A stretch of 64,000 nt of DNA from Alphaproteobacteria bacterium (GTDB taxonomy: Bacteria; Pseudomonadota; Alphaproteobacteria; UBA828), in contig CBDCQT010000012.1 of NCBI GenBank assembly GCA_965220745.1, positions 704,001 to 768,000 of the forward strand, in the 5' to 3' direction. This document shows, piece after piece, positions 9,297 to 18,019 of this stretch. Every line of letters begins with the position of its first letter. Position 1 is the first letter of the stretch. The notes beneath the pieces were generated by a model. That model was given only the letters and a program-made list of their open reading frames with translations, made no database searches and was not told the DNA's origin. Made by a program: the position numbers and the translations under genes.

Positions 9297-10337
9297 ATGA
9301 GACACGGCGATATCGTCAGCAGCCCGGATACCGTGGGTTGCGCGGTCTTTCAGTACAAGATGCCGCGCCTGCACACGCGCCAGGAGGTGATCGACAACTC
9401 GAAGAAGATCGCCGATCTCATCGTCGGCGCGAAGGTCGGGCTACCGGGGATGGATCTCGCGATCTTCCCCGAATACAGCACGCACGGGATCATGTACGAC
9501 CGCCAGGAGATGTTCGACACGGCGTCCTCGATCCCGGGGCCCGAGACCGACATCTTTGCCGAGGCCTGCCGCGAGGCGAACACCTGGGGCGTCTTCTCGC
9601 TCACCGGCGAGGTGCACGAGGATCACCCCAACAAGAACCCGTACAACACCCTCATCCTGATGAACAACGAGGGTGAGATCGTCCAGAAGTACCGGAAGAT
9701 CCTGCCCTGGTGCCCGATCGAAGGCTGGTATCCCGGCAACAACACCTATGTCAGCACCGGGCCCAAGGGGATGAAGATCAGCCTCATCATCTGCGATGAC
9801 GGCAACTATCCCGAGATCTGGCGCGACTGCGCGGTCAAGGGCGCCGAGCTGATCGTCCGCTGCCAGGGCTACATGTACCCGGCGAAGGACCAGCAGATCA
9901 TGATGGCGAAGGCGATGGCCTGGTCCAACTGCTGCTACGTGGCGGTCGCCAACGCCGCCGGCAACGACGGCGTCTACACCTACTTCGGCCACTCGGCGAT
10001 CGTCGGCTTCGACGGCCGCACGCTCGGCGAGTGCGGCGAGGAGGAGAACGGCATCCAGTACGCCCAGCTCTCCGTCTCGCAGATCCGCGATTCCCGCGCC
10101 AACGATCAGGCGCAGAACCACCTCTTCAAGCTGATGCACCGGGGCTACACGGGCGTTTATGCCTCTGGCGACGGCGACAAGGGCGTGGCCGAGTGCCCGT
10201 TCGACTTCTACCGCACCTGGGTGCAGGACCCGCGCCGGGCGCAGCAGATGGTCGAATCTATCACCCGCGACTCCATCGGCGTCACGGGCTGCCCCATCGA
10301 CGGCATCCCCGAGCCGCAGAAGATGGCGGCGGAGTAG
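9297..10337 (+). CDS. amiE: Aliphatic amidase (nitrilase superfamily)
   Basis: Diagnostic N-terminus [22 protein letters not shown]; Glu-Lys-Cys triad in FPEYS, YRKILPW and [13 protein letters not shown]. Confidence 0.95.
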   Translation: MRHGDIVSSPDTVGCAVFQYKMPRLHTRQEVIDNSKKIADLIVGAKVGLPGMDLAIFPEYSTHGIMYDRQEMFDTASSIPGPETDIFAEACREANTWGVFSLTGEVHEDHPNKNPYNTLILMNNEGEIVQKYRKILPWCPIEGWYPGNNTYVSTGPKGMKISLIICDDGNYPEIWRDCAVKGAELIVRCQGYMYPAKDQQIMMAKAMAWSNCCYVAVANAAGNDGVYTYFGHSAIVGFDGRTLGECGEEENGIQYAQLSVSQIRDSRANDQAQNHLFKLMHRGYTGVYASGDGDKGVAECPFDFYRTWVQDPRRAQQMVESITRDSIGVTGCPIDGIPEPQKMAAE

Positions 10338-10348
10338 GGGGCGACCCC

Positions 10349-10416
10349 GCTTCAGGCTCTCTGAAGCTTTTTCGGACCCCGGCGCTCAGGACTGCGGGCG
10401 CCGGGGTTTCTCTTTC
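10349..10416 (+). terminator. Two tandem rho-independent terminator-like hairpins after amiE
   Basis: GCTTCAG-gctct-CTGAAGC followed by TTTTT, then ACCCCGGCGC...GCGCCGGGGT followed by TTCTCTTT. Confidence 0.6.
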
Positions 10417-10542
10417 CGACGATAGAGAGCGAGTCCGTCTTCGACGGACTCGCGATAGGCCGCGACCGCGGCCCGCCGCGCCAGCGGCGCCCTCGCGGAG
10501 GCGCCGGCCGTAGGCCGGCTGCCGTGAGCGATAAAGAGCTAA

Positions 10543-10691
10543 GGAAGGTCTGAATAAGTGCCTCCTGCATTTCTCGGACGCGCAAGGCGGAAGCGCGCTT
10601 TCCGCTTTGCTCACATTTTCAGTGACTTACAGCCACCGAAAATGGTGGCACATCCCTGTGCCACGGGAACCCCTGATAAATCAGAGGTTCC
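10543..10691. mobile_element. 149-bp non-autonomous IS5-type MITE
   Basis: Left end GGAAGGTCTGAATAAG; right end reverse complement GGAACCTCTGATTTAT. CTAA is duplicated at 10539-10542 and 10692-10695, matching the IS5 YTAR target. No transposase; internal hairpins. Confidence 0.75.
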
Positions 10692-11468
10692 CTAATGCAC
10701 CAGGGTGCTGGCGGGCTGCACGGCGACCTGCATGCGCTCAAGCGTGGTCCGCACGGCGCTGACCACCTCGGTCGCGTTGGGGCCGTCGCCGTGGAGCAGG
10801 ATCGCCTGGGCCTCGAACTCCAGGTCGGTGTCGTCGACGGTGCCGAGCTTGCCCTCCTCCACGAAGCGCTGGACCCGGTCGGCGATGTAACTCGGGTCTC
10901 TGGCCTGCTTGATCCGCTCCACGATCAGCGAGCCGTCGGCGCGATAGTCCAGGTCGATGCAGATCTCGTGGACGATGGGGATGCCCTCGCGGCCTGCAAT
11001 CTCGTAGAAGCGGTGGCGCTCCAGCGGGGTCGGCCAGTAGAGCACCCAGGGCTCGCCCACGCTGTTGATCGCATCGACCATGGCGCCGCCGATCTTCTCG
11101 TCCCGCGCCAGCATCGGGTAGAGCGCGCCGTGGGGAACCAGGTGGTCGATGGTGGCGCCCACCGATGACGCGATCTGCCGCAGCGCGCCGATCTGGTAGA
11201 GGGTGAGGCAGCGCGCCTCGTCGGTGGAGATCTTCATCTCGCGCCGTCCGAAGCCGTTGACGTCCGGCAGGCCCCAGTGCACGCCGACGGCGACGTCGTT
11301 CTCCTTGGCGAGCGTCACCGTGCGCTCCATGTGCACCGGGTCGCCCGCATGGAAGCCGCAGGCCACGTTGACCGAAGAGAGGTGCGGAATGATCTCGGCG
11401 TCGGCCCCGAAGGAGTAGTTGCCGAAGCTCTCGCCGACATCGCTGTTGATGTCCATCGCACGTTGCAT
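10692..11468 (-). CDS. pxpA: 5-oxoprolinase subunit A (LamB/YcsF family), copy 1
   Basis: DINSDVGESFG, NVACGFHAGDP, FGRREM, PHGALY, LLHGDGP. Confidence 0.85.
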   Translation of the reverse strand: MQRAMDINSDVGESFGNYSFGADAEIIPHLSSVNVACGFHAGDPVHMERTVTLAKENDVAVGVHWGLPDVNGFGRREMKISTDEARCLTLYQIGALRQIASSVGATIDHLVPHGALYPMLARDEKIGGAMVDAINSVGEPWVLYWPTPLERHRFYEIAGREGIPIVHEICIDLDYRADGSLIVERIKQARDPSYIADRVQRFVEEGKLGTVDDTDLEFEAQAILLHGDGPNATEVVSAVRTTLERMQVAVQPASTLVH

Positions 11469-11491
11469 GTCTTCCCCCGCGTTGCTGGCGT

Positions 11492-12505
11492 TCAGATGAT
11501 GGTGTCCGGGTCCGCGATCAGTGCTTCCTGCGCGGCGAGGACTGCCACTGCGTCCTCGTGGGAGATGCGGACGAAGCGGGTCTCCTCGAACGGGCGGACT
11601 TGGCCCACCCGCGCCATGTCGGTGGTGATCACGACGGCGATCCGCGCATAGCCGCCGATGCTGGGCGAATCGACGCAGAGCACGATCGGCTCGACGCCCG
11701 ACGGTACCTGCACGGTGCCCACCGGTGCGCCGGGGTCGATGACGATGTTGGAGGGGTCCGCGCCGGCGTCCTCGATCAGGTAGTGCGGGCGCCCCGGCTT
11801 GAAAGAGAGCTCCGGGCCGATGAAGCGCATCCCCGTGCGGTCCGCCTTGGGGTTGAGCTTCCAGGCGGTGGCGTAGAATGCCTCGACGCTCTCTGCGGTG
11901 AAGTGATGCTCCTCCGGTCCGGCGACGGTGCGCACCTGCATGGGCGGCGCGTAGGCCGGAACCAGACCGGGCCGGAGCCGGCGGCCGGCGAGGTTTGCTG
12001 CCGCTGCCGTCGCCGCGCCCACCGGCAAGCGGTCGCCGGTTGCGAGCGGGCGCCCCTCCAGCCCGCCGAAGCCGCCGCTGACGTGCGTGGCGCGGCTGCC
12101 CCGATAGAGCGGCACGTCGATGCCGCCGTGGACCGCGAGATAGGCCCGCGCGCCGCTCTGCGCGAGGCCACCGGCAAGCGTCTGGCCCTCGCGCAGCACG
12201 AAGCTCGTCCAGCAGGGCACTGCCTCACCGTCCACAGTCGCGCCTGTGTCCGCGCCGGTGAGCGCCAGCACGTGGTCCTGAAGTGCTTTGAGCTTTAGCC
12301 GGCCGAGGGTCATCTCGAGGCCCGCCGCGCCGGGGTCGTCGCGGACCACCAGCGGCCCTCCGGGCGGGTTGCCGACCAGCACATTGGCGATCTTGAGCGC
12401 GAAGCCGTCCTGCGCGCCCGAAGGCGGAATCCCCAAAGCCTGACCGCCGCGCCGCCCCATGTCCTGCACCGTGGTGCGCAGGCCGCCGTCGATGACCTCC
12501 AGCAT
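11492..12505 (-). CDS. pxpC: 5-oxoprolinase/urea carboxylase-type carboxyltransferase subunit C
   Basis: TTVQDMGRRG..GIPPSGAQD, GARAYLAVHGGIDVP, ADRTGMRF, SIGGYARIAVVI. TGATG coupling to pxpB. Confidence 0.85.
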   Translation of the reverse strand: MLEVIDGGLRTTVQDMGRRGGQALGIPPSGAQDGFALKIANVLVGNPPGGPLVVRDDPGAAGLEMTLGRLKLKALQDHVLALTGADTGATVDGEAVPCWTSFVLREGQTLAGGLAQSGARAYLAVHGGIDVPLYRGSRATHVSGGFGGLEGRPLATGDRLPVGAATAAAANLAGRRLRPGLVPAYAPPMQVRTVAGPEEHHFTAESVEAFYATAWKLNPKADRTGMRFIGPELSFKPGRPHYLIEDAGADPSNIVIDPGAPVGTVQVPSGVEPIVLCVDSPSIGGYARIAVVITTDMARVGQVRPFEETRFVRISHEDAVAVLAAQEALIADPDTII

Positions 12506-13377
12506 CAGAACGGCCCCCATGTGCTGTCGGGGTCGCGCTTCTCCGCCGGCTCCCCGGTCCCCGCGAGCCACGCCTCGTAGCCCGCGCAGTCGAAGGTGTC
12601 CTCCTCGACCCGGTACTCGTAGGCGCCAGCCTCGACCTCGGCGCGGATCGCGTCGTACTCCTCGCGCCCAATCGATTCGTAGCGGTGTCGGTCGCCGGCG
12701 CGGGCGAGCACCGGGCCGTCGGCGAAGGCCGGGCTGATCTCCCTCAGATCGAAGATTTCAATGGGGGTGCGGCCGAAGAGCTGCCCACCGCCCGGTATCC
12801 GGATCGGATAGATGGTGGAGGTGAGCCCGCCGAAGTTGAGCAGCCTGGCGTGGGTCCAGGTGCGGGGCGTGCGGTAGAGCGGCGCGCCGAAGCGCTTCCC
12901 AGGGTCCATGGCGTAGGACATGAAGGCGCCGGGGACGAAGCCCACGCCGGTGACCCAGTAGTCGCAGCCGGTATGGGTCTCGATGACTTGCGCCACCGTC
13001 ATGTCGTTGAACTCGGCGATGTATTCGATGTTGTTGCGCACGCCGAAGGCTTCGGCGCACTCGCGCGACCAGGGGTCGTCGTAGAGCGCCGGGATGATCA
13101 CCCGACGGCTCGGCAGCGTCTCCACCGTGCCCTGGGCGGCGATCAGCGCCTTCACGTGGTCGACGATACGTGCGCGCGTGGTGGCGAGCGGGTTGAAGAC
13201 GAGGCCGAGGGTGCGCACCTGCGGGTTGGTCTCGACCAGCCCCGTGGGCGGGTGCTCGCGCAGCGCGAAATCCACCGCCAGGATGCGAAAGTTGATGGGG
13301 ATGCTCGATTCGTCGCCGAACTCGACGTTGATCGCGGTGTCGCCCAGTGTCTTGAAGACCGGCTCGTCGTAGACCAT
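12505..13377 (-). CDS. pxpB: 5-oxoprolinase/allophanate hydrolase-type subunit B
   Basis: LGDTAINVEFG, VGFVPG, IYPIRIPGGGQLFGRTP. Confidence 0.8.
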   Translation of the reverse strand: MVYDEPVFKTLGDTAINVEFGDESSIPINFRILAVDFALREHPPTGLVETNPQVRTLGLVFNPLATTRARIVDHVKALIAAQGTVETLPSRRVIIPALYDDPWSRECAEAFGVRNNIEYIAEFNDMTVAQVIETHTGCDYWVTGVGFVPGAFMSYAMDPGKRFGAPLYRTPRTWTHARLLNFGGLTSTIYPIRIPGGGQLFGRTPIEIFDLREISPAFADGPVLARAGDRHRYESIGREEYDAIRAEVEAGAYEYRVEEDTFDCAGYEAWLAGTGEPAEKRDPDSTWGPF

Positions 13378-13466
13378 GCCGCCCCCGCCGTTTTCGCCCC
13401 GCCATCATGGGCACCCTGCGGGCTGCGTCAAACTGCCGGCGGTGGCGGGCGTTAATGGAATTGCCG

Positions 13467-13496
13467 TTGAAATATGACCAACTATGTTGTACATAT
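13467..13496 (+). promoter_or_regulatory. Sigma70 promoter overlapped by a palindromic operator (TA autoregulation)
   Basis: TTGAAA-N17-TACATA, overlapped by the inverted repeat ATATGACCAAC-tat-GTTGTACATAT (9/11 match). Confidence 0.55.
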
Positions 13497-13552
13497 TGTG
13501 GGGAAGGGGCGAGCACGGTGTTCGTCGCTGGCGCGAATAGGGGATTGGGACC

Positions 13553-13834
13553 ATGCCGACCAAGGTCTTCAAGGTTGCCGAGGCCCGTGCCAGCTTCTCC
13601 AGCCTCCTGGCGCGCGCCAAGGAGGGCGAAGAAATCATGATCACCAAGGGGAGCGAGCCGCAGGCACGCATCGTCCCGCCCACCGAGGCAGATCAGCGCG
13701 AAGCCGCGCCGCTCAAACACCTCAACCTGCCCGACGACCTCTTCGACCGCGAGGATCAGGAGCAGGCCATGATCGACGCCGGCAGCTACAGCGATACGCT
13801 GGGGATTTGGCGCGGTCCGCCGAAGGCTTCGTGA
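13553..13834 (+). CDS. Phd/YefM-family antitoxin
   Basis: VAEARASFSSLLARAKEGEEIMITKGSEPQARIVP; GTGA overlap with the PIN toxin. Confidence 0.85.
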   Translation: MPTKVFKVAEARASFSSLLARAKEGEEIMITKGSEPQARIVPPTEADQREAAPLKHLNLPDDLFDREDQEQAMIDAGSYSDTLGIWRGPPKAS

Positions 13835-14208
13835 GGCTGCTTCTCGACAGCCACGCCGTCTACTGGTGGGTCGCGGGCAGCCCGAGGCTATCCGCGACCG
13901 CCAGAGGACTGATCCTGGATCGCGAGAACGTGCTGCTCGTCAGCGCGGTCTCGATCTACGAGCTTGAGTGGAAGGCGCGGCAGCGCCGCATCGCCCTGCC
14001 GCCGCAGGAGCTGCGGGCGGCGCTCAGGCGCAACGCCGTCGAGGACCTGCCCATCACCCACGACCATGCCGACTACGCGGCCCAGCTCGACTGGGACCAC
14101 CGTGACGAGTGGGATCGCCTGCTTGCGGTTCAGGCACGGCTGGAGAACTGCGCGCTGGTCTCGGTCGACGAGGTCTTCGACGCCGTCGGCGTCGACCGGC
14201 AGTGGTGA
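13831..14208 (+). CDS. vapC: VapC (PIN-domain) toxin
   Basis: GTG start, RLLLDSHAVYW, VSAVSIYEL, HRDEWDRLLAVQA, LVSVD; acidic PIN residues are intact. Confidence 0.88.
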   Translation: MRLLLDSHAVYWWVAGSPRLSATARGLILDRENVLLVSAVSIYELEWKARQRRIALPPQELRAALRRNAVEDLPITHDHADYAAQLDWDHRDEWDRLLAVQARLENCALVSVDEVFDAVGVDRQW

Positions 14209-14282
14209 GTGACGCTGGATGCGTTAACCAGTGCGCTTCGGGCTGATTGAACTAAATTAGGAAGTTGGTTGGTGAGGGGACG

Positions 14283-14531
14283 ATGATCCGGGTCAGTGTA
14301 GCGGAGGCCAAGGCGCACCTCTCGCGTTACCTCAAGAGCGTCGAGCAAGGTGAGACGGTTGTCGTGTGCCGGCGCAACGTACCGATCGCCGAGATTCGCG
14401 CGCTCCCCAAGCCGACACGCGAGCCGCGTCCGGTCGGCATAGACCGCGGGATGACCATCCCAGCCTCCCTCTTCGAACCGCTCCCTGACGACCTACAGGC
14501 GGCGTTCGAAGGCGGTGGCGAGGAAACATGA
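14283..14531 (+). CDS. Second Phd/YefM-family antitoxin (orphan)
   Basis: VSVAEAKAHLSRYLKSVEQGETVVVCRRNVPIAEI..FEPLPDDLQAAF. Confidence 0.85.
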   Translation: MIRVSVAEAKAHLSRYLKSVEQGETVVVCRRNVPIAEIRALPKPTREPRPVGIDRGMTIPASLFEPLPDDLQAAFEGGGEET

Positions 14532-14551
14532 GACTTCCTCTCGATACCTGA
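14528..14551 (+). pseudogene. 7-codon remnant of a VapC toxin
   Basis: ATGA-coupled to the antitoxin stop and reads MRLPLDT*, matching the MRLLLDT start of VapC; nothing PIN-like follows. Confidence 0.6.
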
Positions 14552-14588
14552 AGGTCCGTTCCGTAGCGCCCGTCTCATCAGCGCCGGG

Positions 14589-14930
14589 TCATGCCTTGTC
14601 GGGATCGGTGGGCGGAGGCGACGTTTCGGCGTCGATCCAGGCGAGATAGTCGGCGCTGCCGCCCGTGATTGGGAGCGCGATGACGCAGGGGCATTCGTAG
14701 CTGTGCAGCGCCTTGACCTTGGCAGTGAGCGGCCCGACGAGGTCGGCGCGGGTCTTCGCCCAGAGCATGGCTTCGTCGCCTTCGCGGAGCGCGCCCTCCC
14801 ACCAGTAGAAGGATGAGACGGCCGGCACGACGTTGACCGATGCCGCGAGGCGCGCTTCCACCAGCGCGCGGCCGATGGCCTCGGCCTCGGCGCGGCTCGG
14901 GGCGGTCACGCATATGGCGACGTGCGTCAT
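14589..14930 (-). CDS. cutA: Divalent-cation tolerance protein CutA
   Basis: VTAPSRAEAEAIGRALVEARLAASVN, SFYWWEG, LHSYECPCVIALPI, YLAWI. Confidence 0.9.
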   Translation of the reverse strand: MTHVAICVTAPSRAEAEAIGRALVEARLAASVNVVPAVSSFYWWEGALREGDEAMLWAKTRADLVGPLTAKVKALHSYECPCVIALPITGGSADYLAWIDAETSPPPTDPDKA

Positions 14931-15042
14931 CCCTTGGCCCTCTCGTGGTTTCCGTGCGCTTGCCCGACGATACAGCACGTCGCGCCCGGCGGACGAATGG
15001 CCCAGCGGCACCATGAGGGGAAGGGAGCATAGCCTCGTCACT

Positions 15043-15072
15043 CGCGAGTCACCGGACCATGGTGCGGTGCAC
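15043..15072 (+). repeat. Palindromic motif upstream of the DUF3486 gene (copy 1; copy 2 at 39391-39421)
   Basis: cgcgagtcaCCGGACCATGGTGCGGtgcac; the 17 bp ACCATGGTGCGGTGCAC are identical in both copies. Confidence 0.65.
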
Positions 15073-15124
15073 AGCCTCCGGCGCCCGCTTCAGCATCGCG
15101 CCACACAACGCGAGAGGGAGCGAT

Positions 15125-15604
15125 ATGAGCCGGCGTTCCAAAGTTGAGCTTCTGCCGCCCGAGATCCGCGCCGCTGTGGATGCGGCGATCGAGAACGGCG
15201 CCACCATCGACGCCATCGCGGCGGTAATTCGTGCGCGCGGCGCCGCGTGCTCGCGTTCGTCCGTGGGCCGCTACGTCAGGCGGAGGCGCGCGCAGCTCCG
15301 CCGACAACGCGAGATCGACCGTGCAGCCAAGACCTGGGCGGCTGCCATCGTCGAGAGTGCCAGGGACGGCACCCGGCCGGTCGCGCTCGAGGCCGTGGGC
15401 GCGGCGGCAGCGATGACGGTAGCCACGCTCGACAGAGACGAAGAACCGGTGGCGCCGATTGAGATCGCCCGCCTCGCCCTTGCATTGCTACGCGTCGAAG
15501 GCGCGGGCAAGCTGCTCTCGGAGCGCGAGGGGATGCCCCGCCCCGTCAGCGCCGACCGGTGCATGGGACGGAATCCTTTGGACGTAGACGGGAATCCCGC
15601 ATGA
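15125..15604 (+). CDS. DUF3486 / phage Mu gp27-like protein (solo)
   Basis: MSRRSKVELLPPEIRAAVD..GATIDAI..SRSSVGRY family signature; GAGGGAG RBS. Confidence 0.75.
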   Translation: MSRRSKVELLPPEIRAAVDAAIENGATIDAIAAVIRARGAACSRSSVGRYVRRRRAQLRRQREIDRAAKTWAAAIVESARDGTRPVALEAVGAAAAMTVATLDRDEEPVAPIEIARLALALLRVEGAGKLLSEREGMPRPVSADRCMGRNPLDVDGNPA

Positions 15605-15635
15605 TCCCGGCTCGTGCCGCCTCAAAAAAGTGTGT

Positions 15636-15704
15636 TTCTTTCCCAAAATCCCAGGCCGACAGCCCGCCTTCTGGGGAGGCCGATTGCGCAAACGGATGGG
15701 GAAC
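15636..15704 (+). repeat. Imperfect ~70-bp direct repeat, left copy (right copy at 18446-18512)
   Basis: Identical 23-bp core CAGCCCGCCTTCTGGGGAGGCCG at 15660-15682 and 18468-18490, plus shared TTCTTT..AATCCC and AAACGGA(T/C)GGGGAAC flanks. Confidence 0.8.
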
Positions 15705-15837
15705 GCGTGTGTGCCCCCCGTCATTGACGCTGAAGACAACTCATGCTAGAGGGGGCACCATGCTGCGTCGTGCCCTTTGCGGCTGACCCTGGCCCAACTC
15801 CCAACATTGCTGTCAGCTTCGGGCCGGAGAGGGGACA

Positions 15838-16332
15838 GTGGGCTATTCCGCTAAGGCGGTAGCCAATTACTTCCTGTCCAAGTACGGGAAGAGCGGCATC
15901 ACGCCACTTAAGCTCCAAAAGCTGGTATACCTAGCGCACGGCTGGCACTTCGCATATTTCGAGGAGCCACTTGTAGGCGATGAATATGCCGAGGCATGGC
16001 AGTATGGCCCTGTCTTCTCGTCTCTATACCACGAGTTTAAACATAAGGGCCGGTCCCCAATAGATGGTCTTGCCACAGATTTGGACTGGGATAATCTGGA
16101 AGAGGTCACCCCCAGAGTTGACAAGTCTGACAAGAAGGTGAGGAAGCTGCTCGATAGAGTTTGGGAGGTCCACGGACGGTTCACTGGTGGGCAGCTCTCA
16201 AGAATGACGCACAAAGATGGGTCACCTTGGGCTGAAACAAGGAAGACAGAAGGCGGGGATAGGAAAAATTCACACATTCCAGACGAGCTCATAATGAACT
16301 ACTACAAGAAATTGCGGGACAAGAATGAGTGA
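15838..16332 (+). CDS. Panacea-domain (DUF4065/SocA/GepA-like) antitoxin
   Basis: AKAVANYFL, ITPLKLQKLVYLAHGW, EAWQYGPV, QLSRMTHKDGSPW; DNA is AT-richer than the flanks. Confidence 0.9.
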   Translation: MGYSAKAVANYFLSKYGKSGITPLKLQKLVYLAHGWHFAYFEEPLVGDEYAEAWQYGPVFSSLYHEFKHKGRSPIDGLATDLDWDNLEEVTPRVDKSDKKVRKLLDRVWEVHGRFTGGQLSRMTHKDGSPWAETRKTEGGDRKNSHIPDELIMNYYKKLRDKNE

Positions 16333-16403
16333 TTACGACGCTATCGCACCATCTGGTGACGGTGATGACGACAACGCATCACAACGAGAAGAGAGAATGT
16401 TAG

Positions 16404-18019
16404 CCCGACTTATTCATGGAGAACCTTGCGGTTGAGGCTCGGTTATCGGGTCGCGTCGGGACCTGACGCGGTTTGGCGCCGGGATCTGAGGATGATGGTC
16501 GTTATTGGGTTGAGGGTTGAACGAGCCTGGGTGATTGGGGCACGCCGCCCCGTCGCTCAGGGGCCTGCTGCGGCGAGACGGCCTGCGAGCAGGCGGAAGA
16601 GAGCGGCGTCCGGGCAGGCCGAGGCGAAGTGGATGCGGACGCGGGTGGCCTTCTCGATGACGCGGGCGCCGATCTTGAGGAGGCGCAGCCTCAGGGTTGC
16701 GAACTCTGCACGGGCGAGCGGCGCCGTGCGGGGAATGGCATCGCGGAGCGCGAGCATCAGCCAGTAGGCTGCAGTGTGCAGGACCAGCCTGAGCTGGTTG
16801 GCGCGCGGGCTCTGGCAGGAGGTTCGGTCCGAGGCGAGCTGGCCCTTGTGCATCTTGATCAGGTTCTCGGCCTGGCCTCGGGCGCAGTAGATGTCTTCGT
16901 AGAGATGGCGGGGCTCGCCCTTGAGCGAGGTGACGATATAGCGCGCGTCGAAGCCGCGCGTCGTCGCCTCCAGCCGAGCCACGACCCGGCGTTCGCGGCC
17001 CCAGGAGCCGGCGGCGTAGTCGAAGGCGGCGACGCTGCGCATCCTGTCCGCGCCGGCCTTGGCGCGGCGCACCCGGACGTCGTCGGCCACGTCGTATGCA
17101 AGCGCGTGCAGCGCCCGATTGCCGGCGAGGCCGAAGATGTAGTCGACGCCGTTCTGCTCGCACCAGGCCATGGCTTGCGGGCGGCCGTAGTGCGCATCTC
17201 CCCGGAAGACGATCCGGGTGTGCGGCCAGTGGCGGCGGATGCGGCGGACCAGGTGCTTGATGAGAGTGCGGACCTCGGGCCCCGACGGCGTCTTGCCCGG
17301 GCGCAGGAGGACCGCCACCGGCTTGCCGCTTTCCACATGGTAGACGTGGACGGGCAGGAAGCAGCGGGTGTCGTAATGAGCGTTGAACAGCGACAGCTGC
17401 TGGTGCCCGTGCACGGCATCGCAGGTGTCGTCGATATCGAGCGTGATGGCGGCAGGTGGGGCTGAGAAGGAGCGGCAGAAGAGATCGACCAGGGCGGCCG
17501 TCATGCGCGCCACCTCGATGCGAGACGGCGCGTTCTCCAGGCGGCTCATGGTGGGCTGGGAACAGAGGTCGCCCCCGCTCTCCGGCGCCCGGCCTGAGGC
17601 CAGCTTGAACAGCGGGTCCGCGCGCAGCGCGTCGCAGTCGTCGGCATCCTCGTAACCGCAGGCGATGGCCAGCATGCGAAAGCGCAGCATGGCCGAGAGC
17701 GAGTGGACCACCTGCGCCTGATTGCGCCGGTCGCGGATACAGCCCGCCAGGGTCTCGGCGAGACGCAAGCGGCGTTCCGCCTCGCGCAACAGGACCAGGC
17801 CGCCGTCAGACGAGATCAGGCCGCCGTCGAAGGCGGCGCTCACCCTCTTGCGTTGGACGCTTGGCAGATCGAAGGGGAGAAGGCTATCGTCGGTCATGGC
17901 GGGCGTGGCTTTTTCGTTGTTCGGAGAGGAAGACGCCTCGACAACGAATTCCTACCCGATGGCAACGGCTTACGCTACGTCCGCCACCCCAAAATCAGAC
18001 CCGCCACGAATAATCCGGG
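16404..18019 (-). mobile_element. IS1380-family insertion sequence, 1616 bp
   Basis: Terminal inverted repeats CCCGACTTATTCATGG and CCCGGATTATTCGTGG (13/16); 4-bp TTAG duplication at 16400-16403 and 18020-18023. Confidence 0.9.
16557..17897 (-). CDS. IS1380-family DDE transposase
   Basis: FDGGLISSDGGL, ACGYEDADD, LCSQPTMSRLEN, LDIDDT, RGDAHY, YCARGQAENLIK. Confidence 0.93.
   Translation of the reverse strand: MTDDSLLPFDLPSVQRKRVSAAFDGGLISSDGGLVLLREAERRLRLAETLAGCIRDRRNQAQVVHSLSAMLRFRMLAIACGYEDADDCDALRADPLFKLASGRAPESGGDLCSQPTMSRLENAPSRIEVARMTAALVDLFCRSFSAPPAAITLDIDDTCDAVHGHQQLSLFNAHYDTRCFLPVHVYHVESGKPVAVLLRPGKTPSGPEVRTLIKHLVRRIRRHWPHTRIVFRGDAHYGRPQAMAWCEQNGVDYIFGLAGNRALHALAYDVADDVRVRRAKAGADRMRSVAAFDYAAGSWGRERRVVARLEATTRGFDARYIVTSLKGEPRHLYEDIYCARGQAENLIKMHKGQLASDRTSCQSPRANQLRLVLHTAAYWLMLALRDAIPRTAPLARAEFATLRLRLLKIGARVIEKATRVRIHFASACPDAALFRLLAGRLAAAGP

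Noticed and set aside
15125-15604. Mu-like prophage
   Set aside because: No terminase, portal, transposase A or structural genes in the window.
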